Below, piece after piece: positions 37,057 through 48,002 of a stretch of DNA of 64,000 nucleotides (position 1 is the first letter of the stretch; every line of letters starts with the position of its first letter). The notes under the pieces are model-generated. The model saw only the letters and a list, made by a program, of their open reading frames with translations, was not told the DNA's origin and did not search any database. Origin of the DNA: Candidatus Nomurabacteria bacterium (GTDB lineage: Bacteria; Patescibacteriota; Minisyncoccia; Phycocordibacterales; UBA9973); contig JAPLXQ010000010.1 in NCBI GenBank assembly GCA_026395995.1, positions 2,587 to 66,586 of the forward strand, read 5' to 3'. Made by a program: the position numbers and the translations under genes.

Positions 37057-37602
37057 ATGATTTTTCTTTATATTGTAATTTTGATTCTGTTTCTTTTTAT
37101 TTTATTTCTTTTTACTTCTTTTTTGACCCCGCTTTTTTCCAAGGTACCTTTTGTACCAGTGAGGGGGAGAATCGTAGATGAAATAATTGCAGCATTAGAA
37201 TTGAAAGACGATAGTGTTCTTTATGATCTTGGTTGTGGGGATGGTAGAGTGCTTTTTGCTGGAGTAAAAGATTTTCCAAATAGGAGCGCGCTCGGTATCG
37301 AGCGCGCTCCATTCCCATACCTTTGTGCAAAAATTAGAAAAGTCTTTTCTAAGACAAAAAATGTTTCTATTGTTTACGGTGATTTTTTTAAATTAGATTT
37401 TTCTCCGGCGACCCATATTTTTATTTATCTTTTTCCTAGTATTCTCGATGAGCTTTTACCAAGATTCGAAAAAGAATTAAAACAGGGGACTAGATTAGTG
37501 TCTTGCGATTTTCAATTTTCAAAAAGAAAACCAGATGAAGTAATAAAAACAAAATCAAAAGACTGGCAAACAAATCACACTATCTACGTTTATTACTTTT
37601 AA
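37057..37602 (+). CDS. membrane-anchored class I SAM-dependent methyltransferase
   Basis: N-terminal TM, VPFVP, YDLGCGDGR; start moved downstream of the tRNA. Confidence 0.85.
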   Translation: MIFLYIVILILFLFILFLFTSFLTPLFSKVPFVPVRGRIVDEIIAALELKDDSVLYDLGCGDGRVLFAGVKDFPNRSALGIERAPFPYLCAKIRKVFSKTKNVSIVYGDFFKLDFSPATHIFIYLFPSILDELLPRFEKELKQGTRLVSCDFQFSKRKPDEVIKTKSKDWQTNHTIYVYYF

Positions 37603-37680
37603 TTTTTTTTTAAAAAACTTTAACTTTTTCTAAAAATCTGTTATAACTATATAGCTAACCCAAATAGGGAATAGTTACAT

Positions 37681-37752
37681 GGAGGCATTGGTGTAGCGGT
37701 AACACTACAGCTTGTGGAGCTGTCATCGAGGGTTCGACCCCCTCATGCCTCC
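37681..37752 (+). tRNA. tRNA-His(GUG)
   Basis: Encoded G-1:C73 pair, loop TTGTGGA. Confidence 0.95.
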
Positions 37753-37798
37753 CATTAATTTCAAAAATCCCCTTATTTTGCTATAATGGGAGTATATT

Positions 37799-40700
37799 AT
37801 GTTTGGAAAATTTTCAAAATTTCGTTTTTTAACCCAAAGCCTAATTGTAGTTTTAATCATAGCTACAGGGTTTTCTTTTTTTTTAAATAATGCACATTCT
37901 TATACTGGATTAATTTACGTATCTAATATTAATTCTAGCTCATTCTCATCACCTGTAGGTATTGCAAAAGATTCATCTGGAAATATTTACGTAATTGATA
38001 AAGTTGATAATACTGTTAAAAAATTCGATTCAAATGAAAATTTATTAACATCATGGGGTGGTACAGGTACAACAGAAAATAAACTTAATTTTCCTGTAAG
38101 TATTACTGTTGACCCATCAGGTCATGTATATGTTTTAGAACTTACAAATTCTCGCATCCAAGAATTTGAATCAGATGGAACTTTTATAAAAATGTTTGGC
38201 TGGGGTGTCCAAGATGGTACAAACACTTTTCAAGTTTGTACTTCAGGCTGCCAGGCTGGAGTTATGAGTATAGGTAATTTTTATTTTAGTTCATATAGTG
38301 GTATTGCGGCAGATTCCTCGGGTAATATTTATATTACTGAGTATGGTTATAATCGTGTTTCAGAATTCGACTCAAACGGAATTTTCGTAAAAACATTCGG
38401 CTGGGGTGTTTTGACAGGAGGTGCTTCTTTTGAAACATGTTTTTCTAGTTGTTTGAGTGGTGTCTCTGGTCATGGTGTTGGTCAATTTAACAATCCTACT
38501 GGTATGGCTATTGATTCTTTGAATCATATTTATATTTCAGATGGTGCGAATTCTAATGGACGCATCCAAGAATTTGAATCAGATGGAACTTTTATAAAAA
38601 TGTTTGGCTGGGGTGTCCAAGATGGTACAAACACTTTTCAAGTTTGTACTTCAGGCTGCCAGGCTGGGATATTGGGTTATGGAAATGGCCAATTTTATTG
38701 GCCACAAGCTATTGGTATTGATAGTAGTAATAATGTGTATGTCACAGATATAAATGTGAGAGATATTCAAGAATTCGATTCAAATGGAAACTTTATTATA
38801 AAAGTCGGACAGGGTGGTGGAACTCCAGGGACAATACCAAACCCAATGGGTTTAATCATAAATACAGCTGGTTATATTTATGAAGCAGATTATTATTTCC
38901 CAGCTGTTCAAAAATTTAAAATAGATGCCATCCCAGTAATTTCTAGTCTTAGTCTAAATACAATACCAGCAGGAAGTCCTGATACAACTATCGATATTTT
39001 AGGAGAAGATTTTAATGTAGCATCTATAGTTCGTTTTAATGGAATTGATCATACTCCTACATTTATAGGTAGTGATCATTTGCAAGTAGATTTTTTATCA
39101 GCATCTGATTTTAATATAGCTGGTAATTATCCAGTTACTGTTTTTAATTCATCACCAGATATCTCTTCAGCTTCTTCTGTTTTTAATGTTAGTGATAATC
39201 CTACTGTTACTATTGTACCTTCGGCTGTTTTTTCTAATAGAAATATTACTGATAACATTGTTCATGTTGTAGGTACCATAACACCAATATTACCGAGCCA
39301 GGTTTCAATTCATGGTGATACTACTGCTGGTGCTACAAATTTGCGCTGCACTCAAATAGATACTTTTTCGGTTGATTGTCTTGTGGACGTTACTTCAAGT
39401 GGACTTCTTTATGTAAGTGCAACAAATGGAATAAATACGACAAAAAGTTCGGCAGCTTCTTTTTCTATTGACCCACTGTTCCAAATTGAGATAAGCCCAT
39501 TATCAATGTCTTCAGCAAATATGATACCTGTAACCATTCATGTGACAGATGATAACACTATCGATGTTGGAAATGTATACGATGGTGGTATTACCGCAGG
39601 CTATTCTGATTTTTTGTGTACCCAATTTGACCCTAATACTGTTAATTGTGATTTAAACATTACTTCAAGTGGTGATTTAATTATTTCTGCTGATGATAAT
39701 GTTGGTAATAGTGTGACCAGTCAAACAATTACTTATATTATTGGTCCTCCAATAATTAATGTGACATTGCATACACTAGCTTCTCATAGCACAATTTCTG
39801 ATACGACTATTCATATTACAGATGATAATGCTATTGATTTTGGTAATATTACGGTGAGTGGTTTGTCGACTGCAAATACTTCAAATTTAAATTGTGTTCA
39901 AACTGATTCTAAAACAGTTGATTGTTCTATTAAAATTACTTCGAGTGGAACTTTAATAATTCATGCAATTGATAATGCTGGGAATATTGCTAATAGTGAT
40001 GCAGTTACTTATTCTATAACACCACCACCTCATGGTGGTTGTATTAACAACTGTAATCCTACACCAAACCCCTGCCTAGCAAACCCAGCCCTACCACAAT
40101 GTCCAAATCATTGTCTCTTTAACCCCACATTATCAGATTGTCATGTAGTAGATCCTTGTACTTTAAACCCATCACTCTGTATTGTTCCACCACCAATCAA
40201 AACATGTGCAAACACTCCATCAATGTGTCCTCCACCTCCACCACCACATAATCCACCACCAAACGGAAGTCCTTCAAATACAACAACAGTCACACCACCA
40301 ACAAAACCAACAGTAACTCCACCAATACCAATACAAACACCAAAGCCTACTCCAATATCTCCAATCAAAACATTTCTAAAAACAGTCGCAGCTAAAATCA
40401 TATTAGTCACAGTCGCTTCTACAGCCTTAGCTACCACCATGGCTTCTACTCCAATGTCCATGTGGCGTTCAATGCTCTCATTCCTCGCTGTACGTAAACG
40501 AAAACCATGGGGAGTAGTATATGACTCAATTACAAAACAACCACTCGATCCAGCATATGTAGTCCTTCAAGATATTAATGGTACTGAAATCAACACAGCC
40601 ATCACAGACCTAGACGGTAGATATGGCTTCTTCTTAAATCCTGGAATGTACAAACTGATTGCCAACAAAACAAACTACATCTTCCCATCAGCTAAACTAC

Positions 40701-41281
40701 AAGGTAAGTTCTCCGATGAACTATATGACAACCTATACTTCGGAGATACAATCAACATATTAAAAGCAGGAGATGTCTTAGCAAAGAACATACCAATGGA
40801 TCCAATGAATTTTGACTGGAATGAGTATGCCAAGAAACAGCAAAACCTTTTACACTTCTACCAAAAGAGAGATATCCTCTTAAACAAAGTATCTTCCGCT
40901 CTTTTCTACTTTGGTTTCATTCTTTCTTCGTATGCCATCTTAAACATTGTAGACAAATTAAATATTGTAATCTTCGCTTTGTACATTTTAATCTTCTTCT
41001 TCCGAACAACATTACTAAAACCAAAACAAGAAGGTACTGTCACAGACAGAGATGGTTCACCACTGGCATTTGCCATTGTTCGTATTTTCTCTGCTAGTAC
41101 TCACACTGAAATGCTACACAAGACTACAAATGCTCTTGGTAAATATTATTGTCTTATTTCTAATGGTCATTATTATGTGAAGATTGAGAAACACAATCCA
41201 GATGATACATATACACCTGTATATACATCAGGGGAGTTTGAGGTGAGGGAGGGGGTGGTGAATGGGGAGTTTAGTATATAA
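37799..41281 (+). CDS. large surface protein: NHL-repeat beta-propeller, Ig/TIG-like repeats, Cys/Pro-rich linker, membrane-anchored C-terminal domains
   Basis: P.GIA.D..GNIYV NHL repeats, PVISSLS TIG start, Pro tracts, PWGVVYDS...TDLDGRYGF. Confidence 0.8.
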   Translation: MFGKFSKFRFLTQSLIVVLIIATGFSFFLNNAHSYTGLIYVSNINSSSFSSPVGIAKDSSGNIYVIDKVDNTVKKFDSNENLLTSWGGTGTTENKLNFPVSITVDPSGHVYVLELTNSRIQEFESDGTFIKMFGWGVQDGTNTFQVCTSGCQAGVMSIGNFYFSSYSGIAADSSGNIYITEYGYNRVSEFDSNGIFVKTFGWGVLTGGASFETCFSSCLSGVSGHGVGQFNNPTGMAIDSLNHIYISDGANSNGRIQEFESDGTFIKMFGWGVQDGTNTFQVCTSGCQAGILGYGNGQFYWPQAIGIDSSNNVYVTDINVRDIQEFDSNGNFIIKVGQGGGTPGTIPNPMGLIINTAGYIYEADYYFPAVQKFKIDAIPVISSLSLNTIPAGSPDTTIDILGEDFNVASIVRFNGIDHTPTFIGSDHLQVDFLSASDFNIAGNYPVTVFNSSPDISSASSVFNVSDNPTVTIVPSAVFSNRNITDNIVHVVGTITPILPSQVSIHGDTTAGATNLRCTQIDTFSVDCLVDVTSSGLLYVSATNGINTTKSSAASFSIDPLFQIEISPLSMSSANMIPVTIHVTDDNTIDVGNVYDGGITAGYSDFLCTQFDPNTVNCDLNITSSGDLIISADDNVGNSVTSQTITYIIGPPIINVTLHTLASHSTISDTTIHITDDNAIDFGNITVSGLSTANTSNLNCVQTDSKTVDCSIKITSSGTLIIHAIDNAGNIANSDAVTYSITPPPHGGCINNCNPTPNPCLANPALPQCPNHCLFNPTLSDCHVVDPCTLNPSLCIVPPPIKTCANTPSMCPPPPPPHNPPPNGSPSNTTTVTPPTKPTVTPPIPIQTPKPTPISPIKTFLKTVAAKIILVTVASTALATTMASTPMSMWRSMLSFLAVRKRKPWGVVYDSITKQPLDPAYVVLQDINGTEINTAITDLDGRYGFFLNPGMYKLIANKTNYIFPSAKLQGKFSDELYDNLYFGDTINILKAGDVLAKNIPMDPMNFDWNEYAKKQQNLLHFYQKRDILLNKVSSALFYFGFILSSYAILNIVDKLNIVIFALYILIFFFRTTLLKPKQEGTVTDRDGSPLAFAIVRIFSASTHTEMLHKTTNALGKYYCLISNGHYYVKIEKHNPDDTYTPVYTSGEFEVREGVVNGEFSI
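38153..38667 (+). repeat. identical 107-bp direct repeat (38153-38259 and 38561-38667)
   Basis: RIQEFESDGTFIKMFGWGVQDGTNTFQVCTSGCQAG encoded twice by identical DNA. Confidence 0.9.
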
Positions 41282-41288
41282 TACTTGT

Positions 41289-42560
41289 ATGGTTAATTTT
41301 AAAGATAAATTTTTAAATTTCTGGAAAACTCTTGGTCCTGGTCTCACGACTGGTGCAGCTGATGATGATCCATCTGGTATTGCGACATATTCTCAGACAG
41401 GAGCTAAATACGGTTTTATGTTTGCTTGGCTGGCTCCTTTTACTATTCCTCTTATGTCTGTGGTTCAGGAAATGTGTGCCCGTATCGGTATTGTGACAAA
41501 GCAAGGACTCGCTGCAAATATAAAGAAACATTATTCAAAAAAGGTTTTGTTTTTCTGTACAGCACTTTTGCTTTTTGCTAACACCTTTAATATTGGAGCA
41601 GACCTAGGTGCAATGTCTCAAGGAATGCAATTGATTTTTCCTAATTGGAATTTCGCTGTACTTGTAATTGTCTTCGCAGTCCTATCTTTAGTGTTTCAAG
41701 TTTTCATTCCATATAAAACTTATTCAAAATATTTAAAATATTTATCTTTTGTTTTACTCGCATACATACTCTCTGCTCTTATGGTAGATATGGATTGGAA
41801 AGAAGTTTTTCGTCATACATTTATTCCATCTATGTCTTTCACAAAAGATAGTTTTATTATTCTTTCTGCTATTTTAGGAACGACGATTTCTCCATATTTA
41901 TTTTTCTGGCAAACTTCTCAAGAAGTAGAAGAGGAGATAATGACAGGGAAGATAGATAAAGTAGAACAAGAAGAAGAAATCAGAGAAGATATAAAAGAGA
42001 TGCGTACAGATGTTTGGAGTGGAATGTTTTTTTCAAACATTGTGATGTTTTTCATAATTATTGCTTGCGCCTCGACTTTATATAAAAGTGGAATTACAAA
42101 TATCGGCACAGCTGCTGATGCTGCGAAAGCCCTAGAGCCTTTTGCTGGTCATTTTTCTTCTCTTCTTTTTGCTATTGGAATTATTGGTATTGGATTTTTG
42201 GCTATCCCTGTCCTCGCTGGTGCGAATTCATATGCAGTGTCTGAATGTTTTGATTGGAAAGAAGGGCTTTACCGAAAATGGAATGAAGCTTATGCTTTTT
42301 ATGGAGTGATCGTGCTCGGTGTCGTCGTCGGTATTGTGTTGAACTTTATTGGCCTTGATCCTATTAAAGCACTTATTTATTCTGCTGTTTTAAATAGTCT
42401 CGTGGCACCCGTGATTTTATTTTTCATTGTTCGGCTTAGTTCAAACGAAGAGGTAATGGGTAATTTCAAAAGTCGCCCTGTCGCAAAAATAATTGGCTGG
42501 ATTGCTACAATCGTCATGGCTCTTGCTGGTATTGCGACAATTATTTCTCTTTGGATGTAA
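41289..42560 (+). CDS. NRAMP family divalent metal transporter
   Basis: LGPGLTTGAADDDPSGI, GTTISPY, about 11 TM helices. Confidence 0.9.
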   Translation: MVNFKDKFLNFWKTLGPGLTTGAADDDPSGIATYSQTGAKYGFMFAWLAPFTIPLMSVVQEMCARIGIVTKQGLAANIKKHYSKKVLFFCTALLLFANTFNIGADLGAMSQGMQLIFPNWNFAVLVIVFAVLSLVFQVFIPYKTYSKYLKYLSFVLLAYILSALMVDMDWKEVFRHTFIPSMSFTKDSFIILSAILGTTISPYLFFWQTSQEVEEEIMTGKIDKVEQEEEIREDIKEMRTDVWSGMFFSNIVMFFIIIACASTLYKSGITNIGTAADAAKALEPFAGHFSSLLFAIGIIGIGFLAIPVLAGANSYAVSECFDWKEGLYRKWNEAYAFYGVIVLGVVVGIVLNFIGLDPIKALIYSAVLNSLVAPVILFFIVRLSSNEEVMGNFKSRPVAKIIGWIATIVMALAGIATIISLWM

Positions 42561-42605
42561 AACATTAAACTTGTCTACGTTTTATAAATATTGTAGAATA
42601 TATTT

Positions 42606-45600
42606 ATGAAATATTTAAAACTAGGTTTGTTTACCAGTGTGGCTGTGCTAGTCGTAATTATTGCAAAAATTGGTTTTAATATTCCACCATCAGATAACTC
42701 TGCTGCTGTTATAGGAAGTATTACTAAAAATACTATTACTACAAAAAACATTTTAACTTCAAAAACAGAAGCTTCTTTTGATTTAGAAATTCCAGATTTT
42801 AGTACTACAAAAGAAGGAAAAGAATATATAAAAGTTCACGGGGAATCGTATCCTAAAGATGCTTGGGGACGTCCAGTGCAATACAATGCGTATCAAAAAT
42901 TTAACAAAAAAACACCAGTAAGAAAAACTTCTTTTTTAAATAATATAAAAGATTTTTTTAGCTTAAAACAAGCTATTGCTTCTGATCAGGGAACACTTCC
43001 AGGAGAAATAAATTGTCGAACTAGTACATCAGTTCAAGGATATTTCAAAGTGTACTTTGAGGAAGTAGCAGTACACAACGGTCATGGCTATGACGATTCT
43101 TCTTTTGGTCTTGCTCGTCGTAATGAAGTTTGTAATGTATTACAAGCTATTGCGCATCAAATTAAACTCGATACAACGAACATAACTCCTGATATTTTAT
43201 TTGCTGTTGATCCTGGCAATTTACCATCAAATGCTCTTGCAGCAGCATCTGCTTATTCTGGTTATGAGATGAATGGCCCAGACAATGGTTCACTGCATAT
43301 GCATATAATTACAAGACAAGATCCTACTCCAAACATTGGAAGTTTTGATGCTTTTGTTTATACAAACTTTAATAGTGGAATAAATTGGGATGTTGATAGT
43401 AATTTAAATTCTGGAACATATAGTTTGTATACAGTTATGTCTCATGAAATAATGCATGCCCTAGGTTTCCGTTCACTTTTACCTGCTGTAATCTATTCTA
43501 CAAATATACCAATACAACATAGTACATTTGATGAAAATTTTTATCAAAATAGTACCACTACAAATACAAACAGATTTATTGTTCAAGGAACAAATAGTAT
43601 TTTTAATAATATTCTCAATGTACCAGCTGGTGCTCCATCACCTTGGTTTGTTAATAATACCGATATCTATCGAGGTAAAAAGAATATTGTTAATGCTAGT
43701 TTTGACGGTATTAGACCAGTTTTTAGTCCTCTACCTTGGCAACAAGGTTCATCACTTTCTCATTTTGATGGTACTCAGTACCTTATGAATCCTTCTCTTT
43801 CTACTAATACACAAATACTTTTACCTCAGAATGATGAAAAAGAAGTATTATGTCATTTAGGTTATCAGGTTTTGGGAATGAGTGGATGTGTTGTACCTAC
43901 TCCTTTTGCCAATAATGATTTTAAATCAACTACAGTGAGTGGTGGTGGATTACCAGGAACAACCTGTATTAATATATTGGCGAATGATGTCGCATTTAGT
44001 GGTGGAGTAATTAGTCTTAATTCTTTACAAGTTGTAGATAGTCAATCTGGAGATATTTTAAATTATTTTTCTGCAATTAATTGCACCGGATCTTCCTCTA
44101 CAACTTCAAATACAAATACTAAATCTATTCAGTTAATTCCTACATCTAGTACAAATTCTAGAATTATACAATATAAAATTACAGATTCTATTTCAAATAG
44201 AATTTCATTTCCTGCCACAATAACTTTTTTCTCTTCCGTATGTTCTAGTAATCCTAGTGAGTATGTTTGTAATGGTGATTTTGAACAACCATTTAATCCT
44301 ACTTTTGCTACTAATTTATATACTTATCCAGGCTGGTCTCTTTTTTGGTGTCCATTCTTGCCTCAAACAATTTTTTCTACCAATAATTTAATTAATGTTT
44401 GCCCTGTTCCTTTTTGGACAGGGGATCAGATAGGGACTCCAGATGTATTTAGTTCTTCTTTTGCTAACTCACCATACAATTCTGGTTTTCAACTTTGGTC
44501 TTTACCAGCATTAGGACTGAATAGTCCTAATGGAGGAAATTCAATTTCTAGAAGTATTAAAGAAGCTGGTGGTGGATATTTACCTGGAGGACAATTTGGA
44601 CCATATGATGAACCAATAATTACAAAATTAAAAAATCCATTAACCCCTGGGCAAGCCTACACTGTGTCTTTTGATGTAATCGCTAAATATAATCCAGGGT
44701 ATCAAGACGTGATTGATGCAAACATTGTTTCACCACAAGGTTGTATTGATTTAGATACTACATGGAGTGGTTCTACTTATTCACCTACAACATCAGCCCC
44801 TTATTATAATTCTTGTCAGAATTTGCCATATCCTTCAAATGATCAATGGACTCATGTGAGTTATACATTTACTCCTACTGTTGCTTATCAGTTTTTAAGA
44901 GGCTTCGGATATTTTCAAGAAGCCAATCAAAATATTGAGTCTAGTTTAGCTGTGTTGTTTGATAATTTTTCAATAAAGCCTGTTTTACCAGCTACAAATT
45001 CAATCAAAGGTATTGTGTACGAAGATCAAAACAATAACCACATCCAAGATAATGGAGAGCAAGGATTGGTTGGTATTCACGTAGACCTATTTTCTTCATC
45101 TTCATCGACGGTACCAATACAAACAGCCTCGACAGATGCTAGTGGTAAATATATATTTAATAATATAAATAATACAAACACGTATTTTCCATTTGATTAT
45201 GTTACTTTGGTACCTGAAAATATTTATCAGTCTGTAACACAACCAGTTTCACCCAATAGTGTTAGTTATGGAGTTTATGCTCATGCTTATCGTTTTCAAT
45301 TTTCGACAAGTGGACAGAATTTGGTAAATAAAAATTTTGGAGTCATATTGAACCAAGGTTGTGTTTCTACAAGTTCTCCATCTTTACATCTCTCTTATCC
45401 AAATGGTGGTGAAGTGTTCACTGTTGGTCAGCTAGCCACTGTGACTTGGGTTGGCTGTAATACGCCAGCTACTGATAAAGTAAAGATTTCTCTTTCTTTA
45501 AATGGTCAAGCTATAAGTCAACAATTGCTATCTCCAACACTGGGTGCAAATCCACTACCAAATACAGGTTCTGCTGTTATTAAAATACGTGACCCGTTAA

Positions 45601-45734
45601 CTATTTCATCTTGGGGCGCCAATGCTGTATATGGTTTACATTATAAAATCTTGGTTCAAGATGTGACATTAGCATCTGCTGGAAATTATAGTGTCTGGGA
45701 CAAGTCAGATAATCTGATTACAGTTAATCCATAA
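42606..45734 (+). CDS. large secreted zinc-metalloprotease-like protein with CBM-like and SdrD-B-like domains
   Basis: HEIMHALG (HExxH), GSSLSH, NGDFE, IKGIVYEDQNNN...TDASGKYIF. Confidence 0.65.
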   Translation: MKYLKLGLFTSVAVLVVIIAKIGFNIPPSDNSAAVIGSITKNTITTKNILTSKTEASFDLEIPDFSTTKEGKEYIKVHGESYPKDAWGRPVQYNAYQKFNKKTPVRKTSFLNNIKDFFSLKQAIASDQGTLPGEINCRTSTSVQGYFKVYFEEVAVHNGHGYDDSSFGLARRNEVCNVLQAIAHQIKLDTTNITPDILFAVDPGNLPSNALAAASAYSGYEMNGPDNGSLHMHIITRQDPTPNIGSFDAFVYTNFNSGINWDVDSNLNSGTYSLYTVMSHEIMHALGFRSLLPAVIYSTNIPIQHSTFDENFYQNSTTTNTNRFIVQGTNSIFNNILNVPAGAPSPWFVNNTDIYRGKKNIVNASFDGIRPVFSPLPWQQGSSLSHFDGTQYLMNPSLSTNTQILLPQNDEKEVLCHLGYQVLGMSGCVVPTPFANNDFKSTTVSGGGLPGTTCINILANDVAFSGGVISLNSLQVVDSQSGDILNYFSAINCTGSSSTTSNTNTKSIQLIPTSSTNSRIIQYKITDSISNRISFPATITFFSSVCSSNPSEYVCNGDFEQPFNPTFATNLYTYPGWSLFWCPFLPQTIFSTNNLINVCPVPFWTGDQIGTPDVFSSSFANSPYNSGFQLWSLPALGLNSPNGGNSISRSIKEAGGGYLPGGQFGPYDEPIITKLKNPLTPGQAYTVSFDVIAKYNPGYQDVIDANIVSPQGCIDLDTTWSGSTYSPTTSAPYYNSCQNLPYPSNDQWTHVSYTFTPTVAYQFLRGFGYFQEANQNIESSLAVLFDNFSIKPVLPATNSIKGIVYEDQNNNHIQDNGEQGLVGIHVDLFSSSSSTVPIQTASTDASGKYIFNNINNTNTYFPFDYVTLVPENIYQSVTQPVSPNSVSYGVYAHAYRFQFSTSGQNLVNKNFGVILNQGCVSTSSPSLHLSYPNGGEVFTVGQLATVTWVGCNTPATDKVKISLSLNGQAISQQLLSPTLGANPLPNTGSAVIKIRDPLTISSWGANAVYGLHYKILVQDVTLASAGNYSVWDKSDNLITVNP

Positions 45735-45858
45735 TTTCTTAGCAATTCTTCTGTTCTAGAATTTAGGATTATTGTGATATAATCTAAATATTAAAACTTT
45801 ACACCAAAAGTTGGTCAGCTTTTTGTGTAGAAATTATTAAATAATATAATCATAAAAT

Positions 45859-46338
45859 ATGAATAAAAATATGAGTTTAGGTGTGTCAGCATTAGTCATT
45901 GTGATAGTCGTAGTCGGTGCTATTTATTTTACAAGTAATTATAAAAACAAAATGCCAGAAGAAAACAATATTCAAAATACGCAAAATAATACAGTTCAAA
46001 ATGAACCTGTTTCAACAACAGATACAGCTAATCAAGAGGGAAGACTTACAAAAGCAGGTGATACAGTCGCTATGAACTATACTGGATCTTTAGAAAATGG
46101 AACAGTTTTTGATTCAAATGTTGATCCAAAATTTAAACACGTAGAACCATTTGTCTTTAATCTCGGAGCAGGGCAAGTCATAAAAGGTTGGGATCAAGGG
46201 TTGGTAGGAATGAAAGTAGGTGAGAAGCGCCACCTAGTGATCAAACCAGAAGATGGTTATGGTGCTACAGGAGCAGGAAATATTATTCCTCCAAATGCGA
46301 CACTTATCTTTGACGTAGAGCTTTTAGCAATTAAATAG
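45859..46338 (+). CDS. FKBP-type peptidyl-prolyl isomerase
   Basis: [37 protein letters not shown]. Confidence 0.95.
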   Translation: MNKNMSLGVSALVIVIVVVGAIYFTSNYKNKMPEENNIQNTQNNTVQNEPVSTTDTANQEGRLTKAGDTVAMNYTGSLENGTVFDSNVDPKFKHVEPFVFNLGAGQVIKGWDQGLVGMKVGEKRHLVIKPEDGYGATGAGNIIPPNATLIFDVELLAIK

Positions 46339-46363
46339 TAATCCCGTTTACGGGGAATTAAAT

Positions 46364-47143
46364 ATGGAAACACTTTGGACAAACAAAAGGTTTATTACAG
46401 CATCAACAATTTTTGTAGCAATACTTTGTCTTTTATCTATCGTTAATATTTTTCGAGAACCAAGTGATTTGAATAGTATCGATAATCAAAACCTTATTGT
46501 TCTCACTGGTCATGGTGAAGTAAAAGCTGTACCAGATATTGCTAATATATATTTTACAATTCGTAAAGAAGCTAAGACTGTAAAAGAAGCTCAAGCTGGA
46601 GTGGCTAGTATTGAAAAATCTTCATTGGATTTTTTGAAAACAAAAAATATTGATAATAAAGACATTAAAACAGAAAATACTTCTTTTAATCCTAAGTATG
46701 AAAATAAAGTTCTAGTTCCATGTTCAATGTATAATTGCCCACCTAGTAATAATGTTATTGTCGGATATGAATCAAGTGAAAGTATTACTGTAAAAGTCAG
46801 AAATACAGACGATGTCGGATCTATCATCCAAGGTCTTGGTACTCTCGGTGTTGAAAATTTGAATGGTCCTAATTTTGCCATTGATAATGAAGATGCTTTA
46901 AAAGCACAAGCACGCAAATTGGCTATTGATGAAGCAAAAGTAAAGGCTCAAAAATTGGCAAAAGATCTAGGCATACGTTTAGGTAAAATTGTTTCCTTTT
47001 CAGAAGGTAATAATTATCCAGCTCCTATGATGTATGCTAAGGCTGATATGGCAGTGTCATCTTCTGTTGGTGCACCAGCTGAAATTCCAAAAGGAGAGAA
47101 TACAATTGCTTCAGATGTGACAATCACTTATGAAATAAAGTAG
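46364..47143 (+). CDS. SIMPL domain protein
   Basis: TGHGEVKAVPD, KAQKLA..LG..LG, VTITYEIK. Confidence 0.9.
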   Translation: METLWTNKRFITASTIFVAILCLLSIVNIFREPSDLNSIDNQNLIVLTGHGEVKAVPDIANIYFTIRKEAKTVKEAQAGVASIEKSSLDFLKTKNIDNKDIKTENTSFNPKYENKVLVPCSMYNCPPSNNVIVGYESSESITVKVRNTDDVGSIIQGLGTLGVENLNGPNFAIDNEDALKAQARKLAIDEAKVKAQKLAKDLGIRLGKIVSFSEGNNYPAPMMYAKADMAVSSSVGAPAEIPKGENTIASDVTITYEIK

Positions 47144-47235
47144 ATTTGACTATTCGACAGAAAAAGAGTATATTTAAAAGAGCCCTTTGCGGGGCTTTTT
47201 TATAAGGAGAATTTATAAAATAACCATATAATACA

Positions 47236-47421
47236 ATGTCAAAAATCAAAGATTATTTCACAGAAACAAAGTTAGAATTAAAGCATGTAAATTGGCCTAC
47301 TAGAGTCCAGACTATTTATTACACAATAATAGTGGCGGTTCTTTCTGTCGGCTTGGCTTATATATTAGGTTTTTTTGATTTTCTATTTTCTAAAGGTCTA
47401 GAAAAAGTAATTTCACTATAA
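47236..47421 (+). CDS. secE: preprotein translocase SecE
   Basis: ELKHVNWP motif, one TM helix, precedes nusG. Confidence 0.9.
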   Translation: MSKIKDYFTETKLELKHVNWPTRVQTIYYTIIVAVLSVGLAYILGFFDFLFSKGLEKVISL

Positions 47422-47440
47422 TAATTAATTTAAATAATTT

Positions 47441-47986
47441 ATGGCTAAACAAGAAACACAAGGAGAAAGAAATTGGTACGCTATCCACACTTATGCTGGA
47501 TACGAAAACGCTGTTTTGAGAAATTTAAAACAACGTATCGAATCTCTAGGTATGCAAGAAAAGATTTTTAATGTCATTGTACCGATTGAGAAAAAAGTAA
47601 AAATTAAAGGAAATAAACGTGTCGAAGTAGAAGAGAAAATTTATCCAGGATACGTACTAGTAGATATGATTGTGACTGACGACTCTTGGTATGTAGTCCG
47701 TAATACTCCTCGTGTCACAGGATTCGTCGGAGCAGGAGTAAATCCAGTTCCATTAAAAAAAGAAGAAGTTGATTATTTGTTTAAGAAAATGGACGCTGGT
47801 ACTACAAAACACAATATTGATTTAGCGATAGATGAGACAGTAATGATAGTAGATGGTCCGTTTAAAGAATTGGAAGGTAAGGTAAATGCAATTGATCAAG
47901 AAAGAGGAAAAGTAAAAGTCTTAGTTTCAATGTTTGGTCGTGAAACTCCAGTCGAATTAGACTTCTTGCAAGTAAAAAAGATTTAA
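47441..47986 (+). CDS. nusG: transcription factor NusG
   Basis: WYAIHTYAGYE, YPGYVLV, FGRETPVELDF. Confidence 0.97.
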   Translation: MAKQETQGERNWYAIHTYAGYENAVLRNLKQRIESLGMQEKIFNVIVPIEKKVKIKGNKRVEVEEKIYPGYVLVDMIVTDDSWYVVRNTPRVTGFVGAGVNPVPLKKEEVDYLFKKMDAGTTKHNIDLAIDETVMIVDGPFKELEGKVNAIDQERGKVKVLVSMFGRETPVELDFLQVKKI

Positions 47987-48002
47987 TATAGTATAAAAAT
48001 AT

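Noticed and set aside
36963-37181. 72-aa ORF and the N-terminal extension of the methyltransferase
   Set aside because: Overlap tRNA-Leu; the real CDS starts at 37057
38153-38667. Diversity-generating retroelement TR/VR pair
   Set aside because: The copies are identical (no adenine-specific mismatches), both lie in one ORF, and there is no reverse transcriptase in the window
47177-47200. Hairpin just after the secE promoter as an attenuator
   Set aside because: More simply the terminator of the upstream SIMPL gene overlapping the promoter; no anti-terminator seen
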